From Deltaproteobacteria bacterium (GTDB lineage: Bacteria > Desulfobacterota > Desulfomonilia > Desulfomonilales > Desulfomonilaceae), in the NCBI GenBank assembly GCA_037380965.1, contig JARRRG010000003.1, positions 1 to 41,239 of the forward strand: DNA of 41,239 nt. Reading direction: 5' to 3'. The position numbers and the translations under genes were made by a program. Below the pieces are notes generated by a model that worked only from the letters and a program-made list of their open reading frames with translations, searched no databases and was not told the DNA's origin. This document shows, piece by piece, positions 1 through 7,831 of the stretch (position 1 is the first letter of the stretch; every line of letters starts with the position of its first letter).

Positions 1-1799
1 AGGCCTTTCAGATCTCCATTTTCGGCACTCTGGAGCATGCTCATGGCATCAAGACCGCGATCGAATACCGCGTCCGTTCCCCACGCGTCCTGCAGAGTTA
101 CCCGGCTGCTCGGATCGATCGTGCCAAGACATCCCGATGGCCGCGCGGATGTGCACCCCAACTCCCAGGTTCCCATCTCGTTGCAGCCCTCGAACAAGAA
201 GCGGATGTGGTGGGGCTGCCCGCACAGGATGGCGAGGTCCGCCACCAGCCGGGTAATGATGTAGCCCTGGGTTGCCCTGGCCACCAGCGGGCCCAGAAGA
301 AAAACCGTTTTTCTCCCTCCCCCCATAAATGCAGCCGCCCATGCTACTTTTTCACTCGAACCCTGCTCGTTCGGTTGTCGCTTGATGCCAGCAAGAAAAT
401 CCTCCGCATTCATTACATGCTGGAGCACGAACTCCTCGTCGTGCAGATTCCCTGCGACAAGTTCCTTGATCAGTTGGATCAGGAGACCCGGTTGGCTTCC
501 GATCTCTTCCTTGAAATGGAGATGAGTGAAAGGATCGAGGCTTGTGGTCAGCGGGTCAAGCTGGATAAGCGAAGCCCCGTTGTTGCGAACTGCCTGCCGA
601 ACGTTCCGGGCGATCACCGGATGAGTATAGTCCGGTCTCGCGTCAATCATCACGATCGTGTCTGCTTCCAGAATGAGTCCGATGGACGCTCCGGGGCCGA
701 TCTCCTTCAATGACGAGACAAGACCTTCGACCACCACCCCGGAAGACAAGCTGGACGTGGCATCCACCTTGGGGGTCCGCAGGATGGATCGGCAGAACCT
801 GCCAGCCAGGTAGAGCTCCTCATTAGAGCACTGGGTCCCGGCAATGACACCGATGCTCGAGGGTCCGTGCCGGTCCCTGATCTCGTTCAACCGGACGGCA
901 ACCTCCCCCACGGCATCTTCCCACGAGGACTTTCGAAAAGTCCCATCCCCATCGCGTACCAGTGGGTCGGTAAGCCTGCCGGGTGAAGTGATGGCATCCT
1001 GTCCGTAATGACCTCGAACGCAGAGAGAGAGACTATTGACCGGAGACCCGATGACGCCACGCGCGCCCGCCACCTGGCCGTCGACGATCTCGTACTCGAG
1101 GTGACAGCCGGTTCCGCAATACGAGCAAATCCCGGGCGCAAGAGCCTTGCCGGAGCTGAAGGTCGCCCTGTCTCGCTCGGCCAGAGCATCGGTAGGGCAG
1201 ATCGCAACGCAGGAACCGCAGAAATTGCACTCGGATCCTTCCAGTGGCGTGCGATCCGCTGTTCCGGGATGGCTGGTGTACCCGCGGTCCGTATATTCGA
1301 CCGCGCCGACCACTTCGTAATCCTTGCAGACCCGGATGCACCGACCGCATAAAACGCACTTGGTGAGATCCCGAACGATAAACGGATTGACCTCTTCCAT
1401 CGGTCTCCAGCGGCGTATCGGTTCAAGCTCCGGATCGCAGATGCCGTGGTCCTTGGCAAGGGAGCGGAGTACGCATTCATTGCCTTTGCTGCAGACCACA
1501 CACGCTGAGGGATGATCCGACAGAATCAATTCGAGCACGCCTCGTCTGGCCTGAACGGCCGCGGGCGAATGCGTCACTATCTCCATTCCCTCGAGGATCG
1601 GAGTGACGCAGGAGGCGAGCAACTTCCCCGTCCGCAGGTCCTCCACAAGGCAGACACGACAGGCCCCCGCGTTTTTCAAGAGAGGGTGATGGCAGAGCGT
1701 GGGAATCTCCACCCCCACCTGGGTGGCGAGATCGAGAATTGTTGTACCGGGTGGTCCTGCGACTTCACGACCATTGAGGGATATGGTGACGGTTTCCAA
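1..1799 (-). CDS. Molybdopterin oxidoreductase catalytic subunit, formate dehydrogenase alpha / NuoG-like, with N-terminal 2Fe-2S and 4Fe-4S domains (partial; C-terminus lies beyond window start)
   Basis: Hand translation of the minus strand. This frame is missing from the supplied ORF track because it has no stop inside the window. TTG start at 1799 lies 6 nt after GGAGG, with an in-frame stop just upstream at 1823..1821. Protein begins METVTISLNGREVAGPPGTTILD. Motifs: CHHPLLKNAGACRVC (2Fe-2S), HPSACVVCSKGNEC (His/Cys 4Fe-4S), CVLCGRCIRVC and CNFCGSCVAICP (two 4Fe-4S), CSYCGTGCHLEY (MopB N-terminal cluster), then GVIAGTQCSNEELYLAGRF. The frame stays open to position 1, with no in-frame TGA. 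Confidence 0.8.
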   Translation of the reverse strand, partial: METVTISLNGREVAGPPGTTILDLATQVGVEIPTLCHHPLLKNAGACRVCLVEDLRTGKLLASCVTPILEGMEIVTHSPAAVQARRGVLELILSDHPSACVVCSKGNECVLRSLAKDHGICDPELEPIRRWRPMEEVNPFIVRDLTKCVLCGRCIRVCKDYEVVGAVEYTDRGYTSHPGTADRTPLEGSECNFCGSCVAICPTDALAERDRATFSSGKALAPGICSYCGTGCHLEYEIVDGQVAGARGVIGSPVNSLSLCVRGHYGQDAITSPGRLTDPLVRDGDGTFRKSSWEDAVGEVAVRLNEIRDRHGPSSIGVIAGTQCSNEELYLAGRFCRSILRTPKVDATSSLSSGVVVEGLVSSLKEIGPGASIGLILEADTIVMIDARPDYTHPVIARNVRQAVRNNGASLIQLDPLTTSLDPFTHLHFKEEIGSQPGLLIQLIKELVAGNLHDEEFVLQHVMNAEDFLAGIKRQPNEQGSSEKVAWAAAFMGGGRKTVFLLGPLVARATQGYIITRLVADLAILCGQPHHIRFLFEGCNEMGTWELGCTSARPSGCLGTIDPSSRVTLQDAWGTDAVFDRGLDAMSMLQSAENGDLKG

Positions 1800-1944
1800 G
1801 GTGGACCTCCGTGGGGGGAACTACTGACTCGTTCAGATGCTCTGATCGAGCAAACCAGCTTCACCCTGGAAGGGCTGAACACTCACCTTTGAGGAAAGCA
1901 TCCGCGCGAGGAGCATGACTCGCATGGTCCTTGGATACGGAGTC

Positions 1945-2814
1945 TCATCTCTTGATGCTCTGAAGAAGTCGGCCAATCTTACTATCCCATCCAAAGGGAA
2001 TAATGTGAACGCCGGCACAGATTTGCTTGAGCGCCTCGATGGTTTCGAGGGTGATCTTTGCCGATTCATCGAACTTGACCGGCGCCTTTTCCAGCCGCTC
2101 TATGATCCGATCGGGGATGTTTACTCCACCGACGCGCTTGAGCATTCGCGCCTCCATTGCTGAATGCAGCATGATCACTTCCGCTATCACGGGGATGCCC
2201 AGTGGAGTCACTCTCCTGACAAATTCCGCGAAAAGATCCACATCGAAGACGGGCGTGGTGAGAAAATACTTCGCGCCCTGTTCCACCAACTGCTCCATCT
2301 CGCGTATCTCCAGGTCCGGCGCCTTGCCGCCATAACTTGCGTCGACCCCGGATCCTATGAAAAAATCCTTTTCCCCATCCAGCTCCTTTCCATGGATGTC
2401 GGTCCCTTTCTTCAGGTTATCGATCACGGAGAAAAATTTCCCCATGTCCACATGGAAGAACATCATCTCCTGCAGCGAGTCCCCGGTGACCCGGTAATCT
2501 TCGGTAAAGACAAGAAGGTTCTCCACCCCCGAGGAAGATGCATGGACGAGTGCTTCTTGTATCTCCAGGCGATTGCGATCACGAGTGCCCACCTGAAAAA
2601 CCGGATCGAATCTCTTCTCGCTGAGCAGCCGGCACAGAGAAAGGGAGTCTGTCACTGCCGCATCCGCGGCCAGGGGTTGAAAGCGAACTCCGTCAACGCG
2701 GCCCCAGAGGTTGTAGATCTCGTTCAGGTACTCCTGGGGAGATTTGCCGTGAGGAAGATGGATTTCTGAAGTAACGAGGAACTTCTTCTTTTCCAACGAT
2801 TCTTTTACGCCCAT
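1945..2814 (-). CDS. metF: Methylenetetrahydrofolate reductase-like protein (MetF family)
   Basis: Track ORF is 1945..3027. I use the internal ATG at 2814 (MGVKESLEKKKFLVTSEI), preceded by GGGGAG, because the longer form would overlap the upstream regulator gene. MTHFR-like TIM-barrel pattern: FLVTSE, ENLLVFTEDY, DFFIGSGVD, AKYFLTTPVFD, GIPVIAEV. Sits directly upstream of the FdhA-like gene. Confidence 0.65.
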   Translation of the reverse strand: MGVKESLEKKKFLVTSEIHLPHGKSPQEYLNEIYNLWGRVDGVRFQPLAADAAVTDSLSLCRLLSEKRFDPVFQVGTRDRNRLEIQEALVHASSSGVENLLVFTEDYRVTGDSLQEMMFFHVDMGKFFSVIDNLKKGTDIHGKELDGEKDFFIGSGVDASYGGKAPDLEIREMEQLVEQGAKYFLTTPVFDVDLFAEFVRRVTPLGIPVIAEVIMLHSAMEARMLKRVGGVNIPDRIIERLEKAPVKFDESAKITLETIEALKQICAGVHIIPFGWDSKIGRLLQSIKR

Positions 2815-2846
2815 GGCTGTCTCCCCTTCAATTAATGCAATGCCTC

Positions 2847-3416
2847 TCAGGCCAGTCCCAGAAGGTTCGCCACCTCTTTCTTGAGCTTCTCCAGAGGCAG
2901 TGGCTTTGAGAAACAGATATCCGCCCCGTTTCGCTTCATCCGTTCGTAATTCTCCTCGTCCATGTAAGCCGAGAGCACAATGATCTTCATGTGGCAGGTT
3001 CCTGCATCCTGCTTCACCTTGCTGCACACCTCATAGCCGTCGATATCAGGCATCATGATATCCAAGATCAGCAGGTCAGGCTTGAAATGACTCACCTGGA
3101 GGCCTGCCTCAAAACCATCGGACGCGGAAATAATTTCGTAATTGTAGGGCTCCTCCTCCAAAGAGCTCACGATGGTCTCTACGATCAACTTGTCATCGTC
3201 GATTACCAAGATCCTCTTGCGATCACCATTCTCAAACTCGCTCGGAATCGGCATCCCCTGCCTGCGCAAGAAGGCGTCCAGATCCTCCTTTCTTATCCGA
3301 CGATGTCCACCAACGGTCCGAAACGCATTGATGTGCCCCTCGTCGATCCAATTGGAGACCGTCTTCGGAGACACGCTGCAATACTTACTGGCCTGATAAA
3401 CCGTTAGAACTTCCAT
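2847..3416 (-). CDS. Response regulator with N-terminal excisionase/MerR-type HTH and C-terminal receiver domain
   Basis: 189 aa. The N-terminus YQASKYCSVSPKTVSNWIDEGHINAFRTVGGHRRIRKEDLDAFL is the excisionase-family HTH pattern. The receiver domain has RILVIDDD, DLLILDIMMPDIDG (phospho-acceptor Asp region) and a conserved K in FSKPL. Confidence 0.8.
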   Translation of the reverse strand: MEVLTVYQASKYCSVSPKTVSNWIDEGHINAFRTVGGHRRIRKEDLDAFLRRQGMPIPSEFENGDRKRILVIDDDKLIVETIVSSLEEEPYNYEIISASDGFEAGLQVSHFKPDLLILDIMMPDIDGYEVCSKVKQDAGTCHMKIIVLSAYMDEENYERMKRNGADICFSKPLPLEKLKKEVANLLGLA

Positions 3417-3447
3417 GGAACTACCCTCTTCGAAAGTGACGCTTCTA

Positions 3448-3502
3448 ATTTTACCACTATTTTCATAATTTCCATTTTTTCCGATTTTTCCGATTTGTCA
3501 AG
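3448..3502 (-). promoter_or_regulatory. AT-rich putative promoter of the HTH-receiver regulator / metF unit, with a tandem 9-nt repeat
   Basis: Minus strand reads TTGACA (3501..3496), then AATCGGAAA AATCGGAAA (plus-strand TTTTTCCGA x2 at 3476..3493), then an extended -10 TGgTAAAAT (3456..3448). This lies about 30 nt upstream of the ATG at 3416. It is the strongest AT-rich patch in this part of the window. Confidence 0.35.
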
Positions 3503-3606
3503 AAAAAAATTTGCGAGGCGTACGATCAGTCGCGAGCCGGGCGTTGAGGCCATTTCTCATCGGGTAATGGCACGAAGGAAAGGTGCGCGTCTCAGACCGG
3601 GCGGAT

Positions 3607-4959
3607 CTAGGGGGAGGCAGTCGGGGGAGCGGCGAGGATCTCCTCGACAATGCTGATGAAGGTCTCACCGCGGTGGTATTCGTTGCGGAACATCCCGAAG
3701 GAAGCGCAACCGGGGGAAAGGAGGATCACGTCTCCGGGCGCGGCTTCTGCCATGAGCTTGTCCACCGCGCGTTTCAGGTCGTCGAACCGGCCTGCAATCT
3801 TGCCCGCTCCTCCGTGTGCAGCAATCTCCTGATGAAGAGTGTCGGTCGCATTCCCCTCCAGAAGGGCGATTTTGCCGCAACGGGCTGCAGCGGACCGGGC
3901 AAAGGGCCGCAGGTCCAGGTTCTTGTCGGAGCCGCCGGCGATCAACAGTACGCGACGTCCTTCAAAGGATTTCAAGGCCGCGCGTCCAGCATCCGGAGTC
4001 GTGCTGGTGGCATCGTTGACAAACGCGATCCCACCCCTTTCGCCGAGCCACTGCAGGCGATGTTCAACACCGGTGAAGCTTTCCACCGCTGAGCGAATGA
4101 CGTTCTCTTCAATTCCCATTTCGCGGGTGAGTCGTATTGCGGCAGCGACGTTTTCACGGTTGTGCGCTCCCGGAAGCTTGATCTTCCATTCCGCGGGGAT
4201 GTCCGCGGTCTGGAAGAAACCTTTGCCGGCCGGTGCCTCTTCGGCGAGCCGCGCGGTCTCGATCTGATCCCCGTTGAAGATACAAAAATCGCCGCCGTGT
4301 TGGTACCGATAGATGGCTTTCTTGTCTTCCAGATAATCCTGCATGCTTGCGTATCGATTGAGGTGGTCGGGATAGAGGTTGGTGAACAGGGAGATGTTGG
4401 GCGAGAGACGCGAATCGTGGAACCCCTGAAGCTGCCAACTCGAGAGCTCCAAGACGACCGTATCATCCTCCCGGATTTTCTCGAGAAGCGGGAGCGCAGC
4501 CAGCCCCATGATATTCCCTGCCAGGAATACGCCCGACCGGGCGAGGGAAAGGATCCGATGGACGAGAACCGTTGAAGTGGTCTTCCCGCGGGTCCCGGTA
4601 ATGCCTACCACCTTTCCGGGGAAGATTTTGCAGAAGAGAGATTCATCCATTTCCACCGCAATCCCGTGATCCGCCGCGATCTTGAGAAAGGGCGACGACC
4701 GCGGAACATCCGCGTTTCGGAGGATCATGTCTGCATTGATGAAATCCGTGGGATCGTGTCCGCCCAGTTTGAGTGTGCAGGGAAGGCCGCGAAGTCTGTC
4801 GACGGAAGGCCCGAGTTCATCGGCATTCTTTAAATCCGTCACGGTAACGCGAGCGCCGCAGCGAATCAGGAAGAGGGTATCGCCCAAGCCTCGGCCCAGG
4901 AGCCCGAGACCCATGAGGGTAACCTTTTTCCCTTCAAACAGCGCTCGAGGATTGAGCAT
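3607..4959 (-). CDS. murD: UDP-N-acetylmuramoyl-L-alanine--D-glutamate ligase (MurD-type Mur ligase)
   Basis: 450 aa. N-terminal Rossmann GKKVTLMGLGLLGRG, ATP P-loop GITGTRGKTTST, and the Mur-ligase middle and C-terminal pattern (NIMGLAALP, HRLQWLGERGGIAFVNDATSTTPDA, SPGCASFGMF). Confidence 0.85.
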   Translation of the reverse strand: MLNPRALFEGKKVTLMGLGLLGRGLGDTLFLIRCGARVTVTDLKNADELGPSVDRLRGLPCTLKLGGHDPTDFINADMILRNADVPRSSPFLKIAADHGIAVEMDESLFCKIFPGKVVGITGTRGKTTSTVLVHRILSLARSGVFLAGNIMGLAALPLLEKIREDDTVVLELSSWQLQGFHDSRLSPNISLFTNLYPDHLNRYASMQDYLEDKKAIYRYQHGGDFCIFNGDQIETARLAEEAPAGKGFFQTADIPAEWKIKLPGAHNRENVAAAIRLTREMGIEENVIRSAVESFTGVEHRLQWLGERGGIAFVNDATSTTPDAGRAALKSFEGRRVLLIAGGSDKNLDLRPFARSAAARCGKIALLEGNATDTLHQEIAAHGGAGKIAGRFDDLKRAVDKLMAEAAPGDVILLSPGCASFGMFRNEYHRGETFISIVEEILAAPPTASP

Positions 4960-5105
4960 GGAGGGCTCCTTGTCGGAAACACGGTCGGGAGGCGCGGACG
5001 TTCCCTTCGACCGGGAAGACCTCGGCGCCTCGCAGATTATAGAGGACAGCGGCTTGTCCGTGAAACCTTAGAGAACTGTTCCCCAGATCGAACGACCCGC
5101 GTCTT

Positions 5106-6533
5106 TCACGGCCCCTCATGTGGGCTCCTCGACTCTCCCGACGCGGAACGAATTTCGCCGCAGCGGGGACAGACTTCGATCGGGGTGCCGTTGTCGAATC
5201 CGCAGAGAGGACAAATTGTGGGTCCGGGGGCGCGTGCGTCCCTGTCGTCCGTGATCTGCATGATGTGCCTGTCCAGCGCGATGACGAGGCTCGAGAGGTT
5301 TCGGACCACGATATGGAGCATCTTGAGCTGGAGCTCCGGATCGAGCTCCTTGAAGAGAAGTGCATTGATCTGAAGGAGCTTGCAGTCGGTTTCGGCCACT
5401 ACTGCGGCCAGATGCCTCTGTCGGGCGAACGCGCCGATTTCTCCAAAACAGGTTCCGGGGAGGAAATTTGAGAGAATGCGGGATCGTTTGACTACTTGGG
5501 CTTCTCCCTCGAGAAGCACGAAGAAATTGGAATCGCTATCATTCTCCCTGATTATGTGCTCGCCCGCGGGACAGGTGATGAATTCTCCCACGTCCGCCAC
5601 CATTTGGATCTCCCTGTCGCTAAACAGAGAAAACATTTCGAACTTCTTGAGGCCGTCCACGAGGTGGCGATCGGGTGAGATTCCGGGATGAACTCCGGAG
5701 CGGAGACAATCTGCCAACGCCTCTGCCAGTTCCCCCGCGCGAGCGAAGCGTTTTGCCGGGGATTTCTCGAGGCACTTGCTGACGATCCGGTCGACTTCGG
5801 GGGGAACCTCCCGGTTCACGCGACCGGGAGGCAGCGGATTTTCCGTACATATTTTGAGCAGGGTATCCTGCGAATTCGCCCCTTTGAAAAGCATCCTCCG
5901 TGTCAACAGCTCGAAGAGAAGCACTCCAAGCTGGTAAATGTCGACCCTGTGATCTTGTTCTCTGCGCAAGAGCTGCTCTGGCGTAATGAATCTCGTTGAA
6001 CCGATCAGGTCCTGCTTCTCGGTTTTCAGGTGTTTGCGGAAACGGGCGATACCGAAATCGGAAATCTTGGGAATGCCGGCAGGGGAGAGAATGATATTCT
6101 CCGGCTTGATGTCCCGGTGGATCACGCCTTTGGAATGAGCATACTCGAGGGCACGGGCGAGCTCGTAGGTAATTTCGATGGACTTCTTGACACTGAAGCC
6201 GTCCCCTTGTTGATGCTCCAGGATGGTCTTGCCGTACACAAATTCCATCACGATGTAGAGCAAGCGGTCTTTCTTGCCAACATCGTAGATGACGACGATG
6301 TTCGGGTGCAGAAGAGCACCGGCCGTTCGGGTCTCCAAAAAGAACTCCCGCATTATTCGCTCCGGGGAATCCTCCGGGCCAGTCAAGGCATCCAGGGAGA
6401 AGGTCTTGATGGCCACGGGACGACGGATGACCCTGTCAGTGGCCAGATAAACCTTTCCTCGCCCTCCTTCACCAATCAACCGGATGATGTCGTAACGTCG
6501 AAGTTTCTTCAATACTGGAGCAGCGTCCGGCAC
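5106..6533 (-). CDS. Ser/Thr protein kinase fused to a cyclic-nucleotide-binding domain and a C-terminal zinc ribbon
   Basis: 475 aa. Hanks kinase motifs: GEGGRGKVY (G-loop), VAIK, HRDIKPENIIL, DFG, TPEQ. The central domain shows the cNMP-binding fold pattern (FFVLLEGEAQVVK, CFGEIGAFARQRH). The C-terminus has CPLCGFDNGTPIEVCPRCG (CxxC-x10-CxxC). Confidence 0.85.
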   Translation of the reverse strand: MPDAAPVLKKLRRYDIIRLIGEGGRGKVYLATDRVIRRPVAIKTFSLDALTGPEDSPERIMREFFLETRTAGALLHPNIVVIYDVGKKDRLLYIVMEFVYGKTILEHQQGDGFSVKKSIEITYELARALEYAHSKGVIHRDIKPENIILSPAGIPKISDFGIARFRKHLKTEKQDLIGSTRFITPEQLLRREQDHRVDIYQLGVLLFELLTRRMLFKGANSQDTLLKICTENPLPPGRVNREVPPEVDRIVSKCLEKSPAKRFARAGELAEALADCLRSGVHPGISPDRHLVDGLKKFEMFSLFSDREIQMVADVGEFITCPAGEHIIRENDSDSNFFVLLEGEAQVVKRSRILSNFLPGTCFGEIGAFARQRHLAAVVAETDCKLLQINALLFKELDPELQLKMLHIVVRNLSSLVIALDRHIMQITDDRDARAPGPTICPLCGFDNGTPIEVCPRCGEIRSASGESRSPHEGP

Positions 6534-6634
6534 AGGTCGTTATCCTTCGGTCACGTCTGTTCTTCGGTTGCGCGGGAGAGCGCGTAATTTCTAAAAAGAG
6601 TCTTCTGTTACCCAAGGTCCTCTCAGGGGACGGG

Positions 6635-7396
6635 TTACAGTTCGGATAGAATGAGGGGACCGTCTTCCGTCACGGCCACGGAATGTTCAAAATGGGCGGA
6701 GAGCTTGCCGTCGGCCGTCACCGCGGTCCATTCGTCGTCAAGGAGCTCGACTCGCCAGGTCCCCTGGTTGACCATCGGCTCGAGGGCCAGGGTCATCCCG
6801 GCTTCTAGTCGTGGATTCCAGCCGCCCAGCCTGTAGTTCGGCACCTGTGGAGGTTCGTGCATGTTCCTGCCGACCCCATGGCCTACGAACTCCCGCACCA
6901 CGGCAAATCCATGGGCTTCAACGTGCTCTTGAACCGCGCCGGAGATGTCCTGGAGACGGTTCCCGAGGACTGCCTGTTCGATGCCGAGGTACAGCGATTC
7001 CCGGGTAACCCTCAACAGTTCCTCCGCCTCCCCTGATATGATTCCTACAGGGTAGGTCCTCGCAGCGTCGCCCACGAAACCTTTCCGCACGACTCCCACA
7101 TCCACGCTTAGAATATCGCCTTCCTTCAGGAGCCGCTTTCCCGGAATCCCGTGCACGACCTCCTCGTTGATCGATGAACAGATGCAGGCTGGATATGGTT
7201 TATTGTTGCGCATTCGATAACCCTTGAACGCGGGAGTTCCCCTGGCTTTACGGATCATGCGCTCTGCCACGCTGTCGAGCTCGCCAGTGGTGATCCCCGG
7301 TTTGACGAGTTCTCCTATTCGTTCAAGGATCTCGGCAACAATCAGGTTAGCCTCTCTCATCACTTCAATTTCTTGAGGCGTTTTGAGTATAATCAT
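6635..7396 (-). CDS. map: Type I methionine aminopeptidase
   Basis: Track ORF 6635..7465 begins at a GTG. The family-typical N-terminus MIILKTPQEIEVMREAN starts at the ATG at 7396. Metal-ligand pattern present: DILSVDVG, GDAARTY, GHGVG, LEPM, EHSV. Confidence 0.9.
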   Translation of the reverse strand: MIILKTPQEIEVMREANLIVAEILERIGELVKPGITTGELDSVAERMIRKARGTPAFKGYRMRNNKPYPACICSSINEEVVHGIPGKRLLKEGDILSVDVGVVRKGFVGDAARTYPVGIISGEAEELLRVTRESLYLGIEQAVLGNRLQDISGAVQEHVEAHGFAVVREFVGHGVGRNMHEPPQVPNYRLGGWNPRLEAGMTLALEPMVNQGTWRVELLDDEWTAVTADGKLSAHFEHSVAVTEDGPLILSEL

Positions 7397-7831
7397 TCCC
7401 GGTCTGGCCACGGTTTTTTCGTCCTCACATTCTGTAGCGGGTTCGTTCTTGTGAGATTCTAACACAACAACATCAACAACGTTACAAGCCGATCATTTTT
7501 TTAGGCTGGCCCGAGCTGTTGCTGCATCCGATCACGGTTCGTTTCAGAGCGCGGAAGCAGAACAGGACACGGTTGCCGAGACCGACGAAAAGGAGGCTGC
7601 GCCATCACGTGCAAATCAGGGGCATCAAAGGATGCCCGCCCGAACCGCTCTCCCGGAAATCGGGTCCGCGCGAGATTCTCTGCCGGCTGCAACGCTCTCC
7701 ATGTGCGAGACGCGCGTGATCGAGACGCCGAGATGCGAAGAAGAGGGCCCAAACAGTGCCCGGCTTCGGAATCCTATCACGTAGTACCTCATCGGACGCG
7801 ATGGCTCCGCGAGAACCTACCGGGTTTACCT

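Noticed and set aside
207-1892. Track ORFs 207..713 +, 887..1501 -, 1008..1352 +, 1033..1359 -, 1512..1892 +
   Set aside because: All overlap the hand-read FdhA/NuoG-like frame, which carries five canonical Fe-S cluster motifs. These alternative frames lack motifs and have biased composition.
2815-3027. Long N-terminal extensions in track ORFs (metF 2815..3027, gltD-like 21357..21497, fumC 26993..27169, phosphorylase 35430..35576, hemL 35981..36043, nfo 8774..8944)
   Set aside because: The extensions are Arg/Gly/Ala-rich, lack homology to the family N-termini, and overlap neighbouring genes or promoters. In each case an internal start with an SD reproduces the canonical N-terminus.
7753-7769. 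ACAGTGCCCGGCTTCGG resembles the RNase P RNA CR-V/P4 3' strand (ACAGAAcCCGGCUUA), preceded by AGATG as in CR-IV
   Set aside because: No matching CR-I (GAGGAAAGUCCGGGC) partner strand lies upstream on the same strand. The available space is shorter than a bacterial RNase P RNA, and the reverse strand also lacks a CR-V. It is probably a chance resemblance, and an Infernal scan would settle it.
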